Shown here: positions 6,893 through 16,304 of the stretch, piece by piece
How the letters are laid out: every line of letters begins with the position of its first letter
How positions within the stretch are numbered: position 1 is the stretch's first letter
Source: Gemmatimonadota bacterium
Lineage (GTDB): Bacteria; Latescibacterota; UBA2968; UBA8231
Assembly: GCA_038153405.1 (NCBI GenBank)
Contig: JAYOYH010000059.1
Location: forward strand, 1 to 23,639
Direction of reading: 5' to 3'
Length of the DNA stretch: 23,639 nucleotides
Position numbers and translations under genes: made by a program
Notes under the pieces: generated by a model
What the model was told of the DNA's origin: nothing
Database searches by the model: none
Seen by the model: the letters and a program-made list of their open reading frames with translations, nothing else

Positions 6893-8599
6893 ATGAATAA
6901 ATACCAGCAGATCTCCCTTCAGATACGCCTGTACAGCGGGTTGACGCTGATGTTCTACACCGTCACACACCTTTTTAATCACAGTTTGGGTGTGTTCGGC
7001 ATCGCGGCCATGAATGCGTTTAGAGATTATTTTTTGGGTTTCTGGAGAGCGCCGCTGATCGAATGGGTCGTTCCCATCGTCCTGCTCCTACACATATTTT
7101 TCGCGTTGCAGCGGTTTTTTATCAGCCGAACGATGAGTGGTATGACGCGCGCACAGTGGAGTCAATTTATTCTGGGGTTGCTCATTCCCGTTCTGCTCTT
7201 TAATCATATCGCTGGCACGAAGGTTGTATCAAAAATTAATGGGTATACCGACGATTATTCCTTCTTCTATTTTGGTTTTCCTGCCTATGTGGGCATTATA
7301 GAATCGGTCATGCTCATCGGGATATGGGTGCACGGTTGCCTGGGCGTTTATTTCTATTTTCGATTAAAGCCAGCCTTTATCAAATGGAAGAATAGCTTAC
7401 GGGTGTTGGCGTGGCTGATCCCGCTTACTTCCCTCCTGGGGATATGGGGTGCGTATTTTGAGGCACAGGAGGCCATGGAGAACGACCCCGGCCTAGCCGA
7501 GCACGTGCTAGGAGAGCGCATCCCTGACGGCACGAGCATGGAAGAAATTCTCGCGCTGGCAACCTATTATACCCTCATCAGCCTGGGCACTTTTTTAGCG
7601 CTATTAGTCCTAGCCTTTACAACTCGCTATTTCTACTTGGTTTGGAAAAAGAAAAACAAGGCCATTCAAGTTTCTTTTCCCGACCAAATAAAAACCACCG
7701 TCTTTTCTGGCACTAGCATACTCGACGCATCCATTCAGTCGCGGATTTCGCACGCCCATATTTGCGGTGGTCAAGGTCGGTGTTCTACCTGCCGCGTGCG
7801 CATAGATACGGGTCTGCAGCATATCAATCCACCCACGGATAGAGAGCTACGCGTGCTGGCAAAAATCGGCGCTCCGCCCAACGTGCGCCTCGCTTGTCAG
7901 TCCTTTCCGCAAGGGCCCGTTTCCGTTCATCCACTGCTCCACTCCGGTCGACCGGCGGATGGTTTTTTTAGAGAAAAGCTCTCCAGTGGCGAAGAGAGAG
8001 AAGTCGTCATTCTATTCAGTGATATTAGGGGATTTACTAGTTTCTCAGAGAAAAAACTGCCATACGATTTGGTTTTTATTCTCAACCAATACTTTCAAAT
8101 TATGGGCCATACCATTGAAGAGAACAGCGGGTACGTGGACAAATTCATTGGCGATGGTATTATGGCGATTTTTGGCATGAGGACCGGCATTCAAAAGGCC
8201 TGCAAAGATGCACTGGAAGCGTCGAGGCTCATGTGTATTCGCTTGGAAGATTTTAATCGAAAGTACCAGCACGAGTTGGAAAACGAGATGAAAATGGGGA
8301 TAGGGCTCCATTTGGGAAAGGTGATTCTAGGCGAGGTGGGATACGGCCGTTCAAAGTCCATCACCGCCATTGGAGATGCCGTTAATACGGCCAGTCGCTT
8401 TGAATCCTTAACCAAGGAATACGCGTCGCAGCTCATTTTTTCTGAAGAGATTGCAGCGCACGCAGCGTTCAATACCGAGGGCTTGGATCAACATCAGGTG
8501 CAGGTGAGGGGACGGGAAGCTCTAATGAATATTTACAGCTGTGCCAACGTCAGTGACCTAGCGAGCGCGACCGACGCTGTGGACTCGGTCGGCCCATAA
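6893..8599 (+). CDS. Class III adenylate cyclase with multi-TM (putative diheme) anchor and 2Fe-2S ferredoxin domain, CyaC-like
   Basis: TM region with His residues (THLFNH, LLLHIF, LFNHIA, WVHGC); ferredoxin motif CGGQGRCSTC...RLACQ; cyclase motifs LFSDIRGFT, VDKFIGDGIM, TAIGDAVNTASRFE. The K/T specificity residues indicate ATP. Confidence 0.9.
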   Translation: MNKYQQISLQIRLYSGLTLMFYTVTHLFNHSLGVFGIAAMNAFRDYFLGFWRAPLIEWVVPIVLLLHIFFALQRFFISRTMSGMTRAQWSQFILGLLIPVLLFNHIAGTKVVSKINGYTDDYSFFYFGFPAYVGIIESVMLIGIWVHGCLGVYFYFRLKPAFIKWKNSLRVLAWLIPLTSLLGIWGAYFEAQEAMENDPGLAEHVLGERIPDGTSMEEILALATYYTLISLGTFLALLVLAFTTRYFYLVWKKKNKAIQVSFPDQIKTTVFSGTSILDASIQSRISHAHICGGQGRCSTCRVRIDTGLQHINPPTDRELRVLAKIGAPPNVRLACQSFPQGPVSVHPLLHSGRPADGFFREKLSSGEEREVVILFSDIRGFTSFSEKKLPYDLVFILNQYFQIMGHTIEENSGYVDKFIGDGIMAIFGMRTGIQKACKDALEASRLMCIRLEDFNRKYQHELENEMKMGIGLHLGKVILGEVGYGRSKSITAIGDAVNTASRFESLTKEYASQLIFSEEIAAHAAFNTEGLDQHQVQVRGREALMNIYSCANVSDLASATDAVDSVGP

Positions 8600-8709
8600 G
8601 GCGCATTGATAAGCGCGCTCGTCACGCTGCCGTTCTTCACCTGTACGGCCGACGTATCGTGTAATCGATTATAGTTGGCAGCGCGTTTAACCGCGCCCCG
8701 CCACCAGCA

Positions 8710-9210
8710 CTATATTTCTGCGCTTTCCACTTCGTCGATCATGCCGTTGACCTGATTGATCAAATCGGCTTTGAACGCCTTGAGCTTGCCCAATAGCTCC
8801 GGCTGTGCGGTGGCTAAGATTTGTGCGGCCAGAATGCCGGCGTTGGCCGCCGCGTCGACGGCCACCGTGGCTACAGGCACGCCCTTGGGCATTTGCGCGA
8901 TAGACAGCAGCGAGTCCCAGCCGTCCAGTGAGTTGGACGACTTGATGGGCACGCCAATAACGGGCAGCGGGGTGTTGGCGGCGATCATGCCGGGCAGGTG
9001 CGCGGCGCCGCCGGCCCCGGCGATGATGACTTTCAGTCCTTTGCCCTCGGCGGCTGCGGCGTAGTCCATCATGCGCTGCGGCGTGCGGTGTGCCGATACG
9101 ACGGTCATTTCAAAGGGCACGTCGAATTGTTTGAGGATGACGCCAGCCTGCTTCATGACCTCGAAGTCCGACTTGCTGCCCATGATAATGCCTATCTGTG
9201 CGTTGCTCAT
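8710..9210 (-). CDS. purE: N5-CAIR mutase
   Basis: IIMGSKSD, VVSAHRTP, IAGAGGAAHLPGM, QMPKGVPVATV. Confidence 0.97.
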   Translation of the reverse strand: MSNAQIGIIMGSKSDFEVMKQAGVILKQFDVPFEMTVVSAHRTPQRMMDYAAAAEGKGLKVIIAGAGGAAHLPGMIAANTPLPVIGVPIKSSNSLDGWDSLLSIAQMPKGVPVATVAVDAAANAGILAAQILATAQPELLGKLKAFKADLINQVNGMIDEVESAEI

Positions 9211-10337
9211 GCGATAACCTGTAATTCCCTTTTTATTTGCTGCGCGATATCAATGGCTTCGTCTACATCCGAGCGGACGATGGTAACGTGTCCCATTTTG
9301 CGAAACGGCCGCGTTTCCGCTTTGCCGTAAATATGTATGTACACGTCGCGCATGGAGAGTATGCGGCTAAACCCCTCGTAGCGCACCGGGCCTTGATAGC
9401 CTTCGGCGCCTACGAGATTTACCATTACCGCAGGCGACTTCAGCGCGGTATCGCCCAGCGGCAAATCGCAGACGGCGCGCACGTGCTGCTCAAACTGCGA
9501 GGTGATATTGGCTTCGATGCTGTGGTGGCCACTGTTGTGCGGTCGGGGCGCGATCTCGTTGATAAGGACCTGGCCGTCGCGCGACACGAATAGCTCCACG
9601 GCTAGTAGGCCCACTAGGTCTAGCGCGATAGCTAACGACTCGGCTACGTCGATGCACTGCTGCTCAATAGACGGCGAAAGGCGCGCTGGGGACAGCAAGT
9701 AGTCGAGCATATTGGAGACGTCGGACACGACCATTTCCACCGTGGGAAATGTGCGCAGCTCGCCGGAGGGACTGCGCGCGACGATTACGCTGATTTCCTG
9801 CGCGATATCGACCTTGTCCTCAACTACGCTGGGCACGTCAAAGGCATTGGCTATATCGTCGGGTGCGTCGATCACCTGGACGCCGCGCCCGTCGTAGCCA
9901 TCGCGTCGGCTTTTTTGCACCACCGGAAAGTGAAAGCGCTCCGGTGTGATCTCCGCTCGCCCTTCGACCAGCTCAAACGGCGACGTCGGGAAACCATGCT
10001 GCTGGTAGAACTGTTTTTGCAGCCCTTTGTCCTGCACGATTTCGAGCAGGGCGGGTTTGGGATAGACGCGGATGCCCGACGCTTCGAGTCGCTTCAGACC
10101 CTCTAAGTTGATGTGCTCAATTTCGAGGGTGATGCAGTCGAGGTCTTTGCCAAATTGGAATACGGCCTCTGCGTCGAGCGGGTCGCCCTGCACAAAGCGA
10201 CCGCAGAACGCCCCGGCCGGAGCAGAGGGATCGCCGTCCATGATGTGCACATTGAGCCCAAAGCGCATGCAGGTGGGCAGCATCATGCGCCCCAGTTGAC
10301 CGCCTGTTAAGATGCCCAAGTCTCTAACGGATGTCAT
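9207..10337 (-). CDS. purK: N5-CAIR synthase (ATP-grasp)
   Basis: GILTGGQLGRM, QDKGLQK, GYDGRGV, NEIAPRPHNSGH, YGK.ETRPFRKMGHVT. Start set at ATG 10337; 4-nt overlap with purE. Confidence 0.95.
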   Translation of the reverse strand: MTSVRDLGILTGGQLGRMMLPTCMRFGLNVHIMDGDPSAPAGAFCGRFVQGDPLDAEAVFQFGKDLDCITLEIEHINLEGLKRLEASGIRVYPKPALLEIVQDKGLQKQFYQQHGFPTSPFELVEGRAEITPERFHFPVVQKSRRDGYDGRGVQVIDAPDDIANAFDVPSVVEDKVDIAQEISVIVARSPSGELRTFPTVEMVVSDVSNMLDYLLSPARLSPSIEQQCIDVAESLAIALDLVGLLAVELFVSRDGQVLINEIAPRPHNSGHHSIEANITSQFEQHVRAVCDLPLGDTALKSPAVMVNLVGAEGYQGPVRYEGFSRILSMRDVYIHIYGKAETRPFRKMGHVTIVRSDVDEAIDIAQQIKRELQVIA

Positions 10338-10387
10338 TGCAACACCTTCTGTGTAAAATGCTCGCGCTACATGGCGCTGTGTAGAGC

Positions 10388-10415
10388 AATCTAAACCGAC
10401 TGCTCGTCGTGGCAA
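10388..10415 (-). promoter_or_regulatory. Candidate sigma70 promoter for purKE
   Basis: Minus strand TTGCCA, 16 nt spacer, TAGATT. Confidence 0.35.
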
Positions 10416-10507
10416 TAGGGCAACGCCAGCGCGCTGCTACGTCCACTCGCACCGCTGGCTTCTTCAGCGCGCAGGCGCGTGACATTGATGCCGTATTGCC
10501 ACTGCAA

Positions 10508-11344
10508 CTAGTGGCCTACCGGCACGCCCGGCACGGTTGTGCGCACCGTGTAGACGGAGGTCCGCGCGGTGATAAAGAGCGTTTGGCCGTCCTCGCCCCA
10601 GGCGCAGTTGGCCGGCACCTCGGGTAGTTCGATTAGGCCGAGAAAGGCGCCCGCTGCATCGTGCGTCCAAATGCCCAGCGCGTTGGTGGTGTAGACGTTG
10701 CCCTGCTGGTCGACTTTCATGCCGTCGGGCGCGCCGGGGCTGTCGTGGCGCAAATCGGCAAAGAGGCGGCCGTTGGCAAGCGAGCCGTCGGCCTGCACGT
10801 CAAAGGCGCGTATGTGCTGGTGGTGCGAATCGTCGATGTAGAGCACGGATTCGTCGGGAGAAAAGGCCAGGCCGTTTGGGCGCTCAAAGTCGCTGGCCAC
10901 CCGCTGCATCTGGCCGTCGGGTGCCACGCGGTAGACGCCGTTGCACGGCTGCTCCTGCTGATCGGACTGGATACCGTAGGGCGGGTCGGTGAAGTAGATG
11001 GCGCCGCTGGAGTGGACGACGATATCGTTGGGGCTGTTAAGGCGCTTGCCGTCAAAAGAATCGACCAGCGTAGATACCAGGCCTTGGTTATCGGCTACCG
11101 ATACGCGGCGGTTGCCGTGCTCGCAGGCCAGCAGGCGGCCGCTGCGGTCCAGCGTCAGTCCGTTGCTATGGCCCGAGGGCTCGCGGTGGATGCGCAGCGT
11201 CCCATCGGGCGCTACCGCATGGATGCGATCGCCGGGGATATCGCTGAAAAACCAGCCATCTCCGTGCCAAACAGGGCCTTCGACGAATGTGAATCCGGTC
11301 GCCAACTGCTCTACTGCGCCATTCTGTAGTGCCGTTTTTTGCAT
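10508..11344 (-). CDS. SMP-30/gluconolactonase/LRE family protein
   Basis: GFTFVEGPVW, SNGL, LNSPND, YFTDPPYG, PNGLAFSPDE, PDGMKVD.QGN. Start ATG 11344. Confidence 0.92.
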   Translation of the reverse strand: MQKTALQNGAVEQLATGFTFVEGPVWHGDGWFFSDIPGDRIHAVAPDGTLRIHREPSGHSNGLTLDRSGRLLACEHGNRRVSVADNQGLVSTLVDSFDGKRLNSPNDIVVHSSGAIYFTDPPYGIQSDQQEQPCNGVYRVAPDGQMQRVASDFERPNGLAFSPDESVLYIDDSHHQHIRAFDVQADGSLANGRLFADLRHDSPGAPDGMKVDQQGNVYTTNALGIWTHDAAGAFLGLIELPEVPANCAWGEDGQTLFITARTSVYTVRTTVPGVPVGH

Positions 11345-11458
11345 TGCGCTAGCTCTCCCTTGTTTGCAATTGCATTGCAATGGTTTAAAATATACTACTG
11401 CGCGCCGCAGGGAAAACGCGCCTTGTGCGCGCCGCTGCGCACTTTATATAATGGGCTT

Positions 11459-12919
11459 ATGAGCACACTTACTTCCGAAATAGGGCGCGGCGCCGGTCTG
11501 GATCGGCGCTACTTTTTCGCCTTTTTGGCCTTTCAGGCACTTTTGCTAGGCGCTAGTCTGTTTTACAGCGAGTGGGTGCCGGCCATTCTGGCCGTGGCGC
11601 TGGTCTCCGTGCTCTTTGTCGTTGGGGTGTTGGTACAGCCTTGGGTCATTGCGCCGATCATCGTGCTGACGACTGGCTTGGACAGCACGGGGCGCTTTTT
11701 TGGCGGCCCAGAAAGCGGGGGCGGCGGCTTTCACCTGACCGGTTTTCACCTGGCGTACATGCTGCTCATTGTCGCGCTCGTGGTGCAGACGTGCTTGCGT
11801 GGCCGCACGCGTTTTCCCGACTTTGAGGTGCGCGGTCCGCTGCTGGCGTTTTTGGCCTGCATTGCCGTATCGCTCACCTATTCGCCCAACCAGCCCGAAG
11901 CGACCGTCAGCTTCGTGCGCATGTGCGCGCTGGTGCTTTTTACCTATATGACGCAGGTCATCATCGATTCAAAAAGGGCGGTAGCTGCCGTGCTGTGGTC
12001 GATGGTGATCTTTACGATGGCCGGTGCCGTCATGGGGGCCTACCAGGTGATTACCGGTCAGTTCCACCTGCCGGTAAAGGTAATCACCGCGCTGGGCGGC
12101 AACGTGCCACGCGCGACCGGCACGTTTCACAACCCCAATATCTTTGCCACGTTTATGATGTGTGGCATTCTGCCCCTGCTGGCGGTGCTGCTCAATTACA
12201 AGATGAACGCCGTGTCGCGCGTGCTTTTCGGATTGGCCATTACCATCGGATTTGGTGGGCTGCTGGCTTCGTTTAGCCGCTCAAATTGGCTGGCTACGCT
12301 GGTGGCCGTCTTTGTTATTCTGTGGCTCAGCGGCAAGGTGCGCTACTTTTTCTACTTGTTGTTTGGCAGCATCATCGCGGTGTTGGCGTTAAAAGAGTTC
12401 GTGCCCTTTGCCGAGTATATCTTCGAGCGCTTCGTCTCGATATTCACCCTCTTCGAGCAATTCGGCACGGTAGGTCGCACGTCGAGCACGGCGCGCATCT
12501 ACCTGATTATGGCTTCGCTCGATATGTTTTCGGACCATCCGCTATTGGGCATTGGCTGGCGCGCCTTTCCGCATGTCTTTTCAGCGTACGCACCGGCCGG
12601 TTATCCGCACTGGAGCCAGGTCAATGAGCCCCATACGGTCATCGCGATGGTGCTCGGAGAGTTGGGCATCGTCGGTTTTGCGGCCATGCTGTGGTTTTTG
12701 CTCAAGGTATTTTTCGTGGCGCTGAGCCGTTTTTATCAGATGAGAGACCCCTACCTGCGCGCGGTGCAAATCGGCATGATTTCCACCTTTGTCGGCTTCC
12801 AGGTAAACCAATCGTTTAACGGCGACCTAGCCAACAATATGTTCTGGTTCGGCGTCGGCATGCTCTTTGCCGTGCAGCGCATCGAAAGCGAAGGGCGCGA
12901 AGAAGCCGAGGCGGGGTAG
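11459..12919 (+). CDS. O-antigen ligase/polymerase (Wzy_C/WaaL) family membrane protein
   Basis: Many TM segments; RATGTFHNPN.FA, SFSRSNWL, R.YL...SL.MFSDHPLLGIGW..F, EPHT...VLGELGIVG. Confidence 0.88.
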   Translation: MSTLTSEIGRGAGLDRRYFFAFLAFQALLLGASLFYSEWVPAILAVALVSVLFVVGVLVQPWVIAPIIVLTTGLDSTGRFFGGPESGGGGFHLTGFHLAYMLLIVALVVQTCLRGRTRFPDFEVRGPLLAFLACIAVSLTYSPNQPEATVSFVRMCALVLFTYMTQVIIDSKRAVAAVLWSMVIFTMAGAVMGAYQVITGQFHLPVKVITALGGNVPRATGTFHNPNIFATFMMCGILPLLAVLLNYKMNAVSRVLFGLAITIGFGGLLASFSRSNWLATLVAVFVILWLSGKVRYFFYLLFGSIIAVLALKEFVPFAEYIFERFVSIFTLFEQFGTVGRTSSTARIYLIMASLDMFSDHPLLGIGWRAFPHVFSAYAPAGYPHWSQVNEPHTVIAMVLGELGIVGFAAMLWFLLKVFFVALSRFYQMRDPYLRAVQIGMISTFVGFQVNQSFNGDLANNMFWFGVGMLFAVQRIESEGREEAEAG

Positions 12920-12947
12920 GCCGCAGAGCACATACCAAAGGACGGCA

Positions 12948-12978
12948 GGCGTGGGGCACAGAGCCCCGCGCCTTTTTT
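12948..12978 (+). terminator. Rho-independent terminator
   Basis: GGCGTGGGGC-acaga-GCCCCGCGCC stem followed by TTTTTT. Confidence 0.8.
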
Positions 12979-13093
12979 GTTGCGTGTACTGCGCCGTCCG
13001 ATTCTCTCCAATACGTGTCTACCCGGTAGAACTTGCCCGAGAACTTTCGTATACTATCAATGTCAACTGGAAATTCCCCCAAGGATGGTCCAC

Positions 13094-14269
13094 GTGGCTC
13101 TCAGTATAAACAGCAATCAATCTGCGCTTAATGTGCGCAGAAATCTCAACGCGTCTACGCGCGAGCTGTCAACGAGCTTGGAGCGCCTATCGTCGGGTCT
13201 GCGCATTAACCGCGCCGCCGATGATCCGGCAGGGCTTTCCGTGCGCGAGGGACTGCGCGCCGAATCGTCTGGTCTGCAGGCCAGCGCGCGCAATGCCGAA
13301 CAGGCGACCAATCTCATTCAGACGGCTGAGGCATCACTCAACGAGGTTAACGCCATCCTCGTGCGCATGCGCGAACTGGCCGTGCAATCTGCGTCGGGAA
13401 CGATTAGCGACAGCAACCGCGAGGCCGTGCAAACCGAGTTTACCCAGCTCAGCAATGAAATTGATCGCATAGCTCAGGCGACCACGTTCAACCGTCAGGT
13501 GCTGCTGACAGGTTTTGGCAATACGGTCAGTGCGGCGTCGAGCGCCATTGCGGCCAGCGACACAACGGGTGTGACCAACGTGTCGATTTCCGGCGCGGAG
13601 GCGGGCACATTCACCTTTGTCGACGCCGGCGGTGACGGCGATCTGACGCTGGGCAACGGCACGCTGACGCAGACGATCTCGCTAGGCACCGTGCTCGATG
13701 GCGACGTCGTGGCTACGGGTACTAAGGTCGTGGCTAACTTCGATCGGCTGGGGATTCAGGTTACGCTGGCTGGCGTAGATGCGACGGGCGCGACGGGCGC
13801 TTTTACCGACGGCGGCCTAGACGGCTACGAACTCGTCGTGAAAGAGGGCACGGGGGCGAGTTTTCAAATCGGCCCCATCGACTCCAACTTTAATCGGGTG
13901 GAACTGTCGATACCGGACCTGACGGCGACGGGCACCGAGCTCAATCTGAGCTCGACTAGCGTGACGACGCAGACGACGGCGCAGTCGGCCATCACTGAGG
14001 TAGACAGCGCCATCACCCGCGTGTCGCAGGAGCGCGGCAATCTCGGTGCTGTGCAAAATCGACTCAGCTTCAATCTATCGGCGACGGAAAATCGCCTCGA
14101 ACAGGTGCAGGCCGCCGAATCGACGATTAGCGATACGGACATTGCCGAAGAAGTGACCAAACTCACGCGCGCGCAGGTGCTATCGCAGGGGGCGTCCGCT
14201 TTGCTGGCACAGGCCCAGGGCATACAGGCCACCAGCGTGCTGACGCTGCTCGGCTTTCAGCAGCGGTAG
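13094..14269 (+). CDS. fliC: Flagellin
   Basis: GTG start after AAGGATGG. N-terminal ALSINSN...SLERLSSGLRINRAADDPAGL...RMRELAVQSASGT; C-terminal RGNLGAVQNRL...AESTISDTDIAEEVTKLTRAQVL.Q. Confidence 0.92.
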   Translation: MALSINSNQSALNVRRNLNASTRELSTSLERLSSGLRINRAADDPAGLSVREGLRAESSGLQASARNAEQATNLIQTAEASLNEVNAILVRMRELAVQSASGTISDSNREAVQTEFTQLSNEIDRIAQATTFNRQVLLTGFGNTVSAASSAIAASDTTGVTNVSISGAEAGTFTFVDAGGDGDLTLGNGTLTQTISLGTVLDGDVVATGTKVVANFDRLGIQVTLAGVDATGATGAFTDGGLDGYELVVKEGTGASFQIGPIDSNFNRVELSIPDLTATGTELNLSSTSVTTQTTAQSAITEVDSAITRVSQERGNLGAVQNRLSFNLSATENRLEQVQAAESTISDTDIAEEVTKLTRAQVLSQGASALLAQAQGIQATSVLTLLGFQQR

Positions 14270-14270
14270 G

Positions 14271-15260
14271 TCAGGGAGTAAACAGCACGTAGCTGACGGC
14301 GCTGCGCTCCAGCCACACAGCGCATAGCTCGCGCAGATCGTACGAACGCGATACCTCGCTATCGCGGGCAGCCGCAGGGTCGTTGACCAGTGCGCGGTCG
14401 CCCGCGTACCCGCGCACGACCAGCAGATGGCCGTCCGTCTTGCGCACGGCCCCGTCGCGCAGTTCGCCCTCTGCGTAGCGCACCGAAGCGATCAGCGGCA
14501 GTCCCGCATCCAACAACCCCTTTGCCACCTCCCAACGCGGAACGTGCAGCAGATAGCCCATCAGGCCGCGCCGCGCCGCCGCGTGCACATTGGCGGGCCA
14601 GACGCCGTAGAGGCCGCTGGGCCCGTGCCGCGCCTCGTCTATGATATCGTAGACGTCGGCCGACTTTCCGTAGTAATCCAACAGCATACTCACCGATGTG
14701 GGTGAGCATACCCGATTGGCGATATCGCTGCGCAGCTGCATTTGGCTGCGCACGGGCACCTCGTGCGCCAAGCGACCTTGTGCCGACGCCGGTATCGGCG
14801 GCCGGCCAGCCGTGCGCAGAGAGACCGACAGTAGAGCCGGCAGGTCGGCTATGGGCGTTGCGCACTGCACGCGCCAGTGTAAGATGGCGCGTTTGAGCGG
14901 GACGTCTATGCGCCAGATATCGACGTCGGCGCGCACGGCCGCTCGCCCGTCGTCCCCGCGGCCTTCGCCGTCAAACTCGCCGATTGGCGCCAAGTAGCTC
15001 TGGGCGGTATAGCCGTCGACCGTTTCGTACTCGAGCGCGCATTGGTATCCCCATGGTATATCGCCGTGTAGGGATAGACTGGGCAGCACCTCGCGCAGAT
15101 CGCGCAGTGCGTCGATCGGGATAGGCTGGTGCCAGTGCGCCGGGCCGTTCTCGTCCAGCCACTGTGGCTGCGTAGGATCTCCGAGCAAGAGTTCGGATGG
15201 GCATGCGGTGCGCCAGTGGGGCGCTGCATGTTGCATTGCTAAGAGTAGGTGCGTTGGCAT
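14271..15260 (-). CDS. Peptidase C39-like family protein
   Basis: VPVRSQM, VCSPTSVSMLLDYYG (catalytic Cys), GHLLVVRGY (His), VNDPAA (Asp); no signal peptide. Confidence 0.85.
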   Translation of the reverse strand: MPTHLLLAMQHAAPHWRTACPSELLLGDPTQPQWLDENGPAHWHQPIPIDALRDLREVLPSLSLHGDIPWGYQCALEYETVDGYTAQSYLAPIGEFDGEGRGDDGRAAVRADVDIWRIDVPLKRAILHWRVQCATPIADLPALLSVSLRTAGRPPIPASAQGRLAHEVPVRSQMQLRSDIANRVCSPTSVSMLLDYYGKSADVYDIIDEARHGPSGLYGVWPANVHAAARRGLMGYLLHVPRWEVAKGLLDAGLPLIASVRYAEGELRDGAVRKTDGHLLVVRGYAGDRALVNDPAAARDSEVSRSYDLRELCAVWLERSAVSYVLFTP

Positions 15261-15323
15261 GAGTGCAAATATAGAGCGTGTGTGCGCGCAGACAACGGGC
15301 CGTCTATCGGGCCGAGCAGGGCG

Positions 15324-16304
15324 CTATCCCCACAGGTCCGCCGTGGGCGGGTACAGCGTGCTGCCCTCGTAGCGCAGGCCCGGCTGCCGATCCTCGCGCA
15401 GCAGCAGCGGCCCGTCCAAATCGACGAACTCGGCCTCCGTCGCCAGCAGGGCGGCCGGCGCCATCGACAGCGAGGTGGCGACCATGCAGCCCACCATAAT
15501 GCCCATCTGCACCTGGCGGGCTTGGCGCAGCAGCGCGAGTGCTTCGGTTAGTCCACCCGTTTTATCGAGCTTAATATTGACGTACTCGTAGCGGCCGACC
15601 AGCGCGGGTAGGTCGGCCGCGGTATGACACGACTCGTCGGCGCAGAAGGGCAACGGGTGGACCATCTCGGCCAGCGCGCTGTCTTGGCCGGCCGGTAGCG
15701 GCTGTTCGACCAATGCCACCCCGCGCTGGGCGAGCGCTTCGGCTAACGGCTCGACTTCGCTGCGCTGCCATCCCTCGTTGGCATCTACGATCAGTGCGGC
15801 GTTCGGTGCGCCTTGGCGGATGGCTTCGACGCGCTCCAAATCGCCCTGCCCGGCCAGTTTGATCTTTAGCAGGGGGCGCCCGGCGTTGGCCGCCGCCGCC
15901 CGGCCCATATTTTCTGCCGTGTCAAGCGAGAGCGTATAAGCCGTTTGCACGGGCTGGGGCACGGGTAGGTCGGCCAGTTCGTATGCGGGGCGCCTCAGGC
16001 GCTTGGCCTGTAGGTCCCACAGCGCGCAGTCGAGCGCGTTGCGCGCCGACCCGGCCGGCAGGTGCTGCGCCAGTTCCGATCGCTCTACGCCGGCTTCGAT
16101 GAGTGGCCGCAGCGCCTCTAGCTGGGCGACGACCTGCTCGACCGATTCGCCGTAGCGCGGATAGGGCATGCTCTCACCGCGCCCCGTGCAGCCATCGCTT
16201 GAGAGCGTGCAGACGACGACATCGGCGCTGGTTTTGCTGCCGCGCGAGATGGTAAACGCCTGCGCCAGCGGCCAGCGCTCACCTCGGACGTCGAAGCGGA
16301 TCAC
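15324..16304 (-). CDS. dgcA: N-acetyl-D-Glu racemase / L-Ala-D/L-Glu epimerase (enolase superfamily)
   Basis: F.ISRGSKT, GSARNALDCALWDL, KIKL, DANEGW, EQPL, ADES, NIKLDKTGG, DLDGP. GTG 16304 overlaps the dgcN stop (GTGA). Confidence 0.88.
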   Translation of the reverse strand: MIRFDVRGERWPLAQAFTISRGSKTSADVVVCTLSSDGCTGRGESMPYPRYGESVEQVVAQLEALRPLIEAGVERSELAQHLPAGSARNALDCALWDLQAKRLRRPAYELADLPVPQPVQTAYTLSLDTAENMGRAAAANAGRPLLKIKLAGQGDLERVEAIRQGAPNAALIVDANEGWQRSEVEPLAEALAQRGVALVEQPLPAGQDSALAEMVHPLPFCADESCHTAADLPALVGRYEYVNIKLDKTGGLTEALALLRQARQVQMGIMVGCMVATSLSMAPAALLATEAEFVDLDGPLLLREDRQPGLRYEGSTLYPPTADLWG

